DNA from: Chiloscyllium plagiosum
Lineage: Eukaryota
Assembly: GCF_004010195.1 (NCBI RefSeq)
Contig: NC_057718.1
Location: forward strand, 16,584,192-16,648,191
Direction of reading: 5' to 3'
Length of the DNA stretch: 64,000 nt
Shown here one piece after another: positions 25,595-36,299 of this stretch (position 1 is the first letter of the stretch; each line of letters starts with the position of its first letter). Under the pieces are notes generated by a model, which ran no database searches, had not been told where the DNA came from, and saw only the letters and a list, made by a program, of their open reading frames with translations. The position numbers and the translations under genes were made by a program.

Positions 25595-27862
25595 AGAACA
25601 TAGAACAGTACAGCACAGTACAGGCCCTTCACCCCTCGATGTTGTGCCAGCCTTTTATCCTAGTCTAAGATCAGATAACCTACATACCCTTCATAGTACT
25701 AACTTCCATGTGTCCAAGAGTCACTTAAATGTCCCTAATGTATCTGACTCTACTACCACTGCTGGCAGTGCATTCCATGCACCCACCACTTTCTGAGTAA
25801 AGAACCTACCTCTGAGATCTCCCCTAAATCTTCCTCCAATTACCTTAAAATTATACCCCCTCGTGATAGACATTTCCACCACGGGAAAAAGTCTCTGGCT
25901 ATCCACTCTATCTTTGCCTCTCAATACCTTGTACACCTCTACGAAGTCACATCTCATCCTTTTTTGCTCCAATAAGAAAGGCCCTAGCTCCCTCAAACTC
26001 TCTTCATGAGACATGCTCTCCAGTCCAGGCAGCTTCCTGGTAAATCTCTCTAAAGCTTCCACATTATACTGAGAGAACCAGAACTGAACATAATATTCCA
26101 AGTGTAGTCTAACCAAGGCTCTCTAGAGCTGCAGCATAACCTCGCGTCTGTTAAACTCATTCTCCTGCGAATGAAAGCCAACACACTGTACACCTTCTTA
26201 ACAACCCTATCAACCTGGGTGGCAACTTTGAGGGATCTATGGACATGGACCCCAAGATCCCTCTGTTCCTCCACATTGCCAAGTATCCTGCCTTGAACCC
26301 TGTATTCAGCATTCAAATTTGACCTTCAAAACTGAATGACTTCACACTTTTCCAGGTTGAATTCCATCTACCACTTATCAGCCCAGTTCTGCATCCTGTC
26401 AATGTCTTGTTGCAACCTACTACAGCCCTCCACATTGTCCACAACTCCACAATCCTTTGTGTCATCAGCAAACTTCCTAACCCACCCTTCCACTTCCTCA
26501 TCCTAGTCATTTATAAACACCACAAAGAAGTTCCAGAACCAATCCCTGCGGAACACCACTGGTCACCAAGCTCCAGGATGAATACTTTCCATCTACCACC
26601 GCTCTCTGTCTTCTATGGGCCAGCCAATTCTATATCTAGACAGACAGTTTCCCTGTATCCCATGCCTCCTTACTTTCTGAATGAGCCTACCATGGGGAAC
26701 CTTATCAAGTGCCTTACTGAAATCCATTTACACCACACCCACTGCTCTATCTTCATCAATGCGTTTTGTCACATCCTCAAAGAATTCAATAAGGGTTGTG
26801 AGGCATGACCTGCCCCTCACAAAGCCATGCTGACTATCTCTAATCAAACTATGGTTTTCCAAGTAATCATGAATCCTGTCTCTCAGAATCCTCTCCAATA
26901 TTTTGCCCACCACTGACATAAGACTGACTGGTATGTAATTCTCAGGATTATCCCTATTCCCTTTCTTTAACAAGGGAATAACATTTGGAAGATGCAAAGA
27001 TCATACCCAAAGGTAATCTCTTCCCTTACTTCCTGTAGTAACCTAGGATATATCCCATTTGGCCCAGGTAATTTATCTATCCTTATGTTTTTTTCAAAAT
27101 TGTCAACACATCCTCTTTCCTAACATCAACCTGTTCTAGCATATCAGTCTATTTCATGCTGTCCTCAGAAACGTCAAGGTCCCTCTCAGTAGTGAATACT
27201 GAAGCAAAGTATTCATTAAGGGCCTCCCCTACTACCTCCGACTACGGGTGCAAGTTCCCTCCACCATCCTTGATCGTCCCTACCCTCACTCTGGCCATCC
27301 TCTTGTTTCTCACATAAGTGTGGAATGTCTTAAGGTTTTCCTTAATTTTACTTGTTAAAGCTTTCTCATGCCCCCTTCTAGCTCTCCTAAGTCCACTCTT
27401 CAATTCCTTCCTGGCTACCTTGTAATCTCTAAAGCCTTGTCTGATCCTTACCTCCCTAATCTTAAGTAAGCTTACTTCTTCCTCTTGACTAGATGTTCCA
27501 CATCCCTTGTCACCCAAGATTCTTTCAACCTACCATCCCTTCCTTACCTCAGTGGGGCAAATCTGTCCAGCACTATCAGCAGGTGCTTCCTAAACAACCT
27601 CCACATTACTGTTGTGCATCTCCCAGAGAACATTTGTTCCCAATTTAGGCACCCCAGTTCCTTCCTAATAGCATTGTAATTCCCCCTCCCCCAATTAAAT
27701 ATTTTCCCATACCATCTACTCCTATCCCTCTCCATGTGTATAGTAAAGGTCATGGAATTGTGATCACTACCAGCGAAATGCACTCCCAAGAGATCTGACA
27801 CCTGGCAAGGTTCATTGCCAAGCACCAAATCCAATATGGCCTCCTCTCCAGTCAGCCTATCT
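25595..27862 (-). mobile_element. CR1 LINE ORF2, 5'-truncated, inserted into a PLE fragment
   Basis: AILDLVLGNEP...SDHNS, NYIPVSLMSVVGKILE...SQHGFVRGRSCLT, RGRFFTQKVVGAWNALP; cctatct at both junctions (25588-25594 and 27856-27862). Confidence 0.94.
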
Positions 27863-28085
27863 GCTCCACCCTTCCCACTGACCAATTACAATAACCATCT
27901 ACCTGCATCCCCCATCACCATCCTATCTACTCTTCCTCCAGCCCCACCTACTCTCTCTGTATACTTCTGGGCTCCCTCCCACTCCCCAATCTGAATGAAG
28001 GGTTTTGGCCTGAAACATTGTTTTTCCTGCTTCTCAAATGCTGTCTGACCTGCTGCCCTCTTCCAGCTTCACATCTATTGACTTT
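27863..28085 (+). mobile_element. PLE terminal fragment (continues ~25500-25594) with hammerhead-like core
   Basis: C-rich tract, then ctgaatgaagggttttggcctgaaacattg...gctgtctgacctgctg. Confidence 0.7.
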
Positions 28086-28989
28086 GACTGCAACTGTAGT
28101 CTTACTGTCACATTGTATGTAAAATCGATATGCCAACTTGTTTGGAAAAGAGGATTTGAACCTATACAAGGCACATGATGAGGATGTAATTTTCTTGTCC
28201 GCTGTTATCATAACATCAGAAACGGTTATATAGAGACAGAATTCACCAGAAAGCCATCTAACCAGTTTCAAGTCAGCAGAGAAGCCAAGATAATAGGCAC
28301 CTCAAAAGTGGGAGAACGACATTCCTCAACCTGTTCCAACTTCAAGTTCACCTGAGTAACAACCTCCTAGAAATTCAAGAAAGAGAGGTCTTGCAGCATA
28401 CTGAGAATTCTGTGCTTTAACATCTTGCCTTCAGCTAAAAGCTTCAATTCACCAAATAAACTAATAGCCTTGCATGAAGGAGAGTGCATCCATTTAAATC
28501 GTAATATATTATTTTCCTTCACATGTATCTAATCTTATGGGTGTGAGAGTCAACTAAGTGAAACATAGTTTCATACTTTTGGGTCAGAGGAATCTCCTTT
28601 AACTTAAAATTCTCCAAAATGGGCTGTTGGAAATAGTTTTATTTGGGGCATTCACTGTAAAAGTATAAAGTACACATCCCTCATATAAAAAAAGACACAT
28701 ACCACTGGAAATATGAAAACATGTAAATTCTGCACAATATTTTATGTCATAGGATATTACTTGCAAGTAATTCAACATGAAAGCAGAGAAGACAACATAA
28801 TAAATGCACTGATAATACAAGCAAATTATGGATGCACAGAATGTGCCATTGTATACAATTTTTGGGCAACGTAAAATTTGAGATCAAAGTAACCATATCC
28901 CACAAAACTGTGCCATAAAGGTTAGGAATGATTTTTTATGACAATAATTATAAACTCGTGTCAGGGATAAAGTCAGGAATGATTCCTAC

Positions 28990-29098
28990 CTGTTTTTTTC
29001 TGTAATCTTCTCCAGTTTTTGGTTTAATATCTGACACTCTGCTTTCAATTTGTTTATGAGTGTATTCTGGGAACTAAGTAATACCTCCAGTTCATTAA
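28990..29098 (-). CDS. SDCCAG8: SDCCAG8 internal coding exon (109 bp; probably equivalent to human exon 15)
   Basis: Minus strand reads ctcttctgtttttattctAG|TT AAT GAA...GAA AAA AAC AG|GTagga. Translation (V)NELEVLLSSQNTLINKLKAECQILNQKLEKITEKNR is similar to recalled human ENEQYLLLTSQNTFLTKLKEECCTLAKKLEQISQKTR. Its phase-1 start joins the 51909-52036 exon in frame. Confidence 0.93.
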
Positions 29099-29647
29099 CT
29101 AGAATAAAAACAGAAGAGTTTGTATTACATTAGTCTACTAAACAGAGATTAGACTTTGAGATTATAGTCTTTCCATCTGAATTTCACCTCCCATTTCTCG
29201 ATCTTTCTACATCTTGAGGATAGAGCAACTTAAAGTAAAATAAATGAAATAAATGTGTTACAGATGATGGCCTGTGTTTTTCAACTGTCAAATCATTGGT
29301 AATTCATTAATTTTGGAATTATGATCTGGCTTCTAAAATACTAAACTAACTGCAATGATTTTATTCTATTCAAGTTTTAAAAGGATTAATATTAACATGA
29401 CATTCCCAATCATTCCTAAATTCAAAAATAATGGACTGAGTAGCATGGATTTTGTAGCTGCTCCTATGATTGCAGGCTTATTTCTCAATTTACTTCTAGA
29501 TTTATTATGATTATTGCATTTCAGTCATATAAGATTTTCATTTTAATTCATTTTTGATTCTTTTAACAGTTGTGTTAACAGAATTTCTGGAAAGGTCTAG
29601 ACATATCTTACTTCCATATTTCTTACAGTTATTACATTTCTGAGTCT

Positions 29648-30304
29648 TCTTATGGACCGGACCAGACCAGACCTCCTCAAAATATAACAAGAAGGTAACC
29701 TAGACTCTAACTTATTCTTATTGCAAAGGTAAATGTGAGGTTCTATGTTCCAGATGCAATTCCATTGGTCAAACTACTCAATATTAAGCAAAATATACTT
29801 TATTCAAACACAATAGTTAAAATCAACAAAAGAAAGAGGAACTTAGAATAACATAACTCTGTTGGAAAAGTTAACAGAATAATTGATTATTTTACTACTA
29901 AACAGAAACTGTTCCAATATTGTAACACCTCATAAACACACCGTTCACCAAGACAAATTCAGAAAACACAATTGTCTCCAGTGAAACTCCAGCAGCCCAG
30001 GAGGAAAAACATCCAGAGAGACAGTGCAGCAGTCGGGAGAGATTCACTGCCTTCCAACTCTGTTGAGACCCCAGCAACAACTGCTGAATTCTCAAACTAA
30101 AATTCCTGGTTCTGTGGGTGGGAGCTTGACCACACCAATTTACTCTGCTTAAATTGTTCCAATTTTAAAAAGAAAACAAGGTTTCACAAGTTTTTTTTAT
30201 ATATGGACTGCTAGGCACCTGTCTCCCAATCTCTTTCTAAAAGAAACCAGGACAAAACACATTTCAACATCAGCACACTTTATGTGAATATTTTTATTGT
30301 GACA
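29648..30304 (-). mobile_element. Solo LTR-like repeat, paralogous to 30657-31251
   Basis: Colinear similarity with 30657-31251 (ttatggacc...gaccagac...caaaatat; taactct.ttggaaaa.ttaaca; aaactaaaa..cctgg.tctg; ccaggacaaaa). Ends in tgtgaca; reverse AATAAA near 29800. Confidence 0.65.
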
Positions 30305-30656
30305 AACTTAGATAATGAGTTCTGATTAAAGGTTCACCTGAAACATTAACTTGGGGCAGAATTTTCCTATCCCTGCAGGATAGTGTGTGTAATAGTGACA
30401 AAGGTGGAAAATACAGTGTGAATGAAAAAATTCACTCTCAATGTCAAGAAAAGAAGCCGCCCCAACCCTTAAAGGACAACTTCAGAACCTCACGTTTGAG
30501 TAGAGATGTCTTTATTTCCAGGCACTTGCTTTTCATTAAAACACAAATTGTCTTATTTATGTGACACTTCCTATTACATTCTCATGTTGAGTGAAAATAA
30601 TGCATGGTATATTGATAGTTGTAGTTGCCAAGCCTTGGTGAGATGCATATGCACTG

Positions 30657-31251
30657 TGTTATGGACCAGACCAAACCCCTCAAAATATATTAAGAAGATA
30701 GCCTAACCTCTAACTTTTTCTTATTTTAACAGCAAATGCCAGACATTGCATACCAGGTCTTGAAGCATAACACACTTCGTTCTTTAACTATATTTAAAGT
30801 ATAACAAAAGAAAGAAGAAATTGAAAAACTTAACTCTATTGGAAAACTTAACAAAATAATAGGTTATTTAACTACTAAACACTAACTGTTCCAATATAGT
30901 AATACCTCATAAACACCCCTTTGGAAAAGGCAGATTCAATAAAATAGGTCATCCCACATGCAATTCTCCAGTTCAGGAAGAAAAACATCAAGAGAATAAC
31001 GCAGAGAGACAAAAGCAGGGAGAGAAGTACTGCAGCTTCCAAACCCAGCTTCAAGATTCCAGCAACTACTATTGAGAAACTAAAACTAAAAATCCTGGCT
31101 CTGGGGAGCTTGACCCCACCTATTTAGGCTGCTTCTACCGTTATGATTTTTTTATTGGTTTCAAATATACAGCTTGTTGCCTATATCTTAAAAACTCTCT
31201 TTAAAAAAACCCAGGACAAAATACACCTCTTAAAGCCATAGTATTGTAACA
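30657..31251 (-). mobile_element. Solo LTR (595 bp) nested in the Harbinger element
   Basis: TGTTA...TAACA termini; paralogous to 29648-30304; no clean TSD. Confidence 0.7.
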
Positions 31252-31320
31252 AGTAGCAGAATTAGAATAAGTGCTCGGCCTGCGAGTATAAAATAGCAGA
31301 GAGAAGGTGGTGGCATCTGT

Positions 31321-31556
31321 GCTTGCAGAGTGCAAAAGATCACTGATCTTTCAACACAATAGGCATCCCTTTTCATCCAAGACACAGCACTGACTTAGGC
31401 ATCAATCTATGTCCAGACTGCTTGTGTCTGGTGGCGTGGCCTCCTCTCGTCATCCAATGAGTAAAGGAATGCCCTCCTCTTCACCATACCATCCACCAAC
31501 ACCTCCAGGTGCCTGTTCACAAAACGAGGAGCTAGCTTGACTTTCTTCTGGGTCAT
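31321..31556 (-). pseudogene. Myb/SANT-like (Myb_DNA-bind_5-type) DNA-binding domain relic
   Basis: MTQKKVKLAPRFVNRHLEVLVDGMVKRRAFLYSLDDERRPRHQTQAVWT*IDA*VSAVSWMKRDAYC (frameshift) KISDLLHSA fits the PRF...LE.LV...W..IA..VS...R...C.K..DL pattern. Confidence 0.8.
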
Positions 31557-33246
31557 GTCTTTGGTGACAATGGCTGAGCACCACAGTGAGAATGGGTTTC
31601 TAGGTCGCAGCATCTGAAATGATGTTGCAGCTATGCTTTAAATATGGTGCCAAAGTGTGTACATCAGTGGCAAGCAGTTCCACCTATCTAACCACATGAT
31701 TTCTCATCAAAGGCACCTAAGAATTCAGTTGCATAATTATTGAGGTGAAGAGCTGAAGATTCCCCAGGCCATGGTGGACCAGACACTATAAATTTCACTC
31801 ACCAAAACATTTTCACTGCAATTAGGAAAATTTCACTCTTGTTTTGTATCTCCTCAAATACTGCCTGAACCACTGAGCATTCTTGACAATTTCTGTTATC
31901 TATTCAGTTTTCTGGCATCTCCATTATTTTGTTTTTGTAACTTACAGATATTTCAAGTACATAGGTAAAATCATTTGGGAACTCTACTTTAGAATTGGCA
32001 TCTAACTTTTATGTCAATCTTGAGATTCCAACTTCTTATCATTAGCTTCACCTCACATTGTTTAACATGAGAGTGAATATAAAATTTTCCTTTGTTCGTG
32101 TATACTTGCAAAACTTTGCTACTTTTGAGATCTGTGTTGCCATTTAAACTTATTTTAAAGGATTGCTATCCCACAGCATATTTACATGACAGGATCTTAG
32201 AGACCAGTAACTTTTAAAAAGAGATTTGAATTTCCAGCTATTAACTGAAAACAATACACTATAAGATTACATGTTTTAAACAAAAAAACATTTATTGTAC
32301 AAGACTAAACCAAGCAGTCAGAAGTAACTTACATTATATTTTATAAACACATATCTTACACACAAATACCTTGACATGAGTCTCCCTGCTTTATTTTTAT
32401 TACCACCCAAGTATTCTATATTTTAGACGATTTTGAAAATTCTTTCACTTTTCTTGACACAAAACCAATGCATGCTACCACTCTCAGGAATTCACTTTGA
32501 ATCTCCTCAATGTTCACACTATTCACTGAACTGTCAGATTTCTTAAGGTGCTTGCACAAACAACTGGTTAGGCAAACCTCCTAAACCTCATGATTGTGGT
32601 CAGCACAACTCAAGCATGGGCCTTTCTTTTTTTTGCTTTGTACCTCTGAAACTATCCATATTTTCTAATCGCCATTTGCTACTGGTCTACAGTTCATGGT
32701 ACATTCTCTCTTATTTCAAAACTGCATCTATTTAACTGCCTGTTTCTGTGGGACATCAAACAGAAATTCAAATAAAAACCCTCCAGGTTGCTTATCCGGA
32801 AACCCAAGACGAAGATTTAGACTAATTACCTCCAATTCCTAAGTCTTCCCTCTGTTCTAGGATGCCATATGACTAGTTTTAATCTCTTATTGTCCCAGGT
32901 ATGGATATCCCAGGCTGGACTTTACACCCACCCCTTATAGGCATGTTTTCAGCAGGTGGCTGGGTGGGGTACACATAATATAGGTAGGTATCGAGTCTAC
33001 CATCTTCTTGTCCTCCAAGTTCGCCCCCATAACACAGCAGCTGGGCAGGCAATGAACTCAATAGCCCAGCCATCATATTTAATAATTAAGGGTTAATGGA
33101 GCTTGTAATAAGGCCAAATGACCCAAATAATATGCTGCCCACATATAATACTGGCATAGTGAGTGCTCTTGTTGGGTATTGGCAGTGTCTCTACATTTGG
33201 ACCAGGACTGGGTTCAAGACCCACTTGCCCAGAGGTGTGTCATTAC

Positions 33247-33592
33247 GGGTGGCATGGTGGCTCAGTGGTTAGCACTGTTGCCTCACAGTGCTGGGGACCC
33301 AGGTTCAATTCTTGGGCAATTTTGTGTGTGGAGTTTGCACTATCTCCCTGTGTTTGTGTGGGTTTCCTCTGGGTGCTCTGGTTTCCTTTCACAGTTCAAA
33401 GATGTGCAGGTTAGGTGGATTGGCCATGCTAAATTGCCCAGAGTGTCCAGGGATCTGCAGGCTAGGTGGATTAGGCATGTGAAATGTATGGTTACAGGGA
33501 TAGGGTAGTGATTGGCTCTGGGTGGGTTGCACCTCAGTGGGTCAGTGTGGACTTGATGGGCCAAATGGTCTGCTTCTACTTAGTAGGGATTC
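33247..33592 (+). mobile_element. HE1-type V-SINE, older subfamily with an internal duplication
   Basis: gggtggcatggtggctcagtggttagcactgttgcc head; V-domain; duplicated gat.tgcagg.taggtggatt.g.catg segment. Confidence 0.9.
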
Positions 33593-34825
33593 AGTGGACA
33601 TGAAAATATATAATACTAGCATGGGCTGAATGGTAGCCCTTTTTCTTCCCATGTTTTAAACAGTCCAAAAGGAAGGGGAGATGCCTTCACATATTTGGAG
33701 ATTCCACCTCCCCCCCACGTTCCTTCCTAAGAAAACAACACATGCCCTTTCCCTAAACTGGCCTAACTTTTTCTACCCAATACCCACAACTTACTTTACT
33801 CTGGCAATCCACTGGGCCTTCTTCATTCTACTTCCACTAGCCCTGGCAACACCCACTAATAAGCCAATACTGCTGACCAATCAGAGCAGCTAGAAGCTGA
33901 AAGGTGGAAAGCCCACTTGCTACCACTTTATCTTGACACAACATAAAATGGCTGCAGGGTGGGCTTCTTATCAGCTGTCTGTGACTTTCTTTCTGGGAGG
34001 TGGCAATGAGCAGCCCACTTCCCTTAATTCTGCACTCCATCTCTACCAAAAGACTCAGAAAGAGATCATTCATTGATCAGTGTTGAACCACTTCCAACTC
34101 TGACCTTACTAAATAAACATGGGCCATCCCTTGCATTGCAATTACTTTAGGTCTGTTTATCAGCGTCTTCATTTAATTTATATTTCATAAACTAAATTCT
34201 TGAATTAATAAAATGTCTTTTAATACTAAAACAAATGAGTCACAAAATTAGACATTTCACAACAACATTGTGTGTGGAAGGTAGGAAGATTATTTAATGA
34301 AAAATAATTTGAATAGCTTGTGAATTTCACTCCAAAATTCAGTGCATTAATTGCAGAGAGCCTAAAATTTTGTTTAAGATTTAGATTTCACACTGCAGAC
34401 TTTCAGAAAGAATTTACTTTTCCCATATTATCTCTAGGGTCAGGTCTTTATCAGAGCACATCAGTTCTGTTGCCCTACTTTCCCATGGTATGCACTACCA
34501 TCTTTTAAATATTTTAAAACTGATGTTGATTGCACCCTGACCATGAAGCTGCCAGTTACTTTTCTTCTTCTGCATAAGTTAATTGTTTAAATCTTAGAGT
34601 TTTCTCATTTTAGAATAAGTTATTTTCTATGTCCCAATCATAAAACAAAATGTTGTTTTCCATCACATAAGCTAAAAGCAAACCCTGCAAGCTACAGTAG
34701 CCATGACACTGCTCACTCAGAATTGGATTGAGATTAATAACAGCATTGTTCCAAAATGCCATGTATTTTGAGTGAGTAGATCACTATGATATTGTAAAAA
34801 TGAAATGGTTGAGAGATTAATTGAG

Positions 34826-34909
34826 TCTGGGTTAGAGTGGTGCTGGAAAAGCACAGCAGGTCAGGCAGCATTCAAGGAGCAGGAAAATCGACGTTTCGGG
34901 CAAAAGCCC
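34826..34909 (-). mobile_element. 84 bp PLE terminal fragment with 16 bp TSD
   Basis: tgagagattaattgag at 34810-34825 and 34910-34925. The insert reads (minus) gggcttttgcccgaaacgtcgattttcctgctcc... Confidence 0.85.
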
Positions 34910-35763
34910 TGAGAGATTAATTGAGCAAATCTTAAATTGCATCTAAGCATCTACAGAATCTGATGGAATTCTGAGATTTTCACAAGATTCTGACACTAAT
35001 GAGCTCACATAAACTCCTGGTCCCGCTTGCATCACAGCCTCTGCCGAAATCTCTTCCACTTAAGCCGGACTGCTTCGCTTCTACACCTTTCTTTCCAGTT
35101 GGGCTGGCCTGAGTTTTCCACTCCCTGTTCACTCTACTCCTGCTCAAGTCTTAGTTGTACTTCCTACCCACCCCTGTACTGTAGATTCCAGAAAGGCAAT
35201 CAGCTTTTTAAATAGGTAGAACACACCTAATGTCTGCTGTGGTCCTGATTCTAAGTCTGGAACTGATTTATTAACTACTAACCTTTGTTCCTGAAATTCT
35301 AGTCTTACGAATCCTCATTAGATGATTCTAGATAAAATTAAAATTCAATTACTGTTGAGAGTTTCTTTTTATGCCAAAGATCAATTGGGGCTGGATTTTC
35401 CTGATGGCTTCAGGATCCTGGATTCACACTCAAATGGGTGTCTCAGACCTGAATTGTTATGGGGACTATGTTGCCCATCACCCAGAGGATCAAATTGAAA
35501 ATCCCACTTGGCCTCTGAAATTATGCTTTAATACAGAACTTGCCAAATTGTATGTCATGACTATCCCTGCCACCCCAGGTCTTGGACTAATTTCTGGTAG
35601 CTGTGAGGCCCCCTTAATTCTCTTCACTTTTTCTATTGGTGCATGTAGCGTAACAGACAGTTCTTTGGAGACAGATTGCTCCTACAAAAAAAACCTGTGG
35701 AAAGGCAATTGCTAGTTTTCTTTTTATAAAAAAGAAAAACCTGCAGTTTAAACAATTCCCATC

Positions 35764-36050
35764 ATGCTGAATTTCCCCCACCATCAATGCCACTCTCCAC
35801 CGACCCTGGGATATTATGAAGTTTGCAGCACTAAGGTGCAGTCACACTGGGAAAAGTTTAAGAATCGACTAAGAGGATCTTTTAACTTAATTAGATAGCT
35901 GCATCAACCTCCTTTCCACCTCCTCATCCCTACCAATGTCACTTCCTGGAAAATGGCCACAATCAGGATCAAGCCTGAAGAGAGGCTCATGGCTGGCAGT
36001 GTGAAATTCCCAGCCTGCCCACCGTCATGTTAGAGGTTAAATTCAGCCCC
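35764..36050. mobile_element. Small MITE-like element with Harbinger-style ends
   Basis: gctgaattt (35766) and aaattcagcccc (36039-36050) form inverted termini resembling the TIRs at 30354/31838. Confidence 0.45.
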
Positions 36051-36299
36051 ACACATTGGCTATAAGGCAATGAAACAATCTTATTTTGACTGCATCAACA
36101 CAAATAAGATGCTTTCCTTTCCAAGATATGTCAAAACATAAATCTTCTGGGTTATCATTGCTGTACCTGCTCAGGCCTATGACTAAATATTAACAGTAAC
36201 TCAGGTGCCAAACCTCCCATCGCCTTCTTGACTGGGTTCCTAGCTCACAGTATCTTTCTATCCAACCATGATGCAGCACCTTCTGCACTAGCTGGGACC

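Larger units (their letters stand above)
30354..31838 (-). mobile_element. PIF/Harbinger-type DNA transposon derivative with Myb/SANT gene relic
   Basis: Imperfect TIRs gggcagaattttccta / taggaaaatttcactc; 3 bp TSD TTG (30351-30353 and 31839-31841). Removing it rejoins a PLE fragment. Confidence 0.75.
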
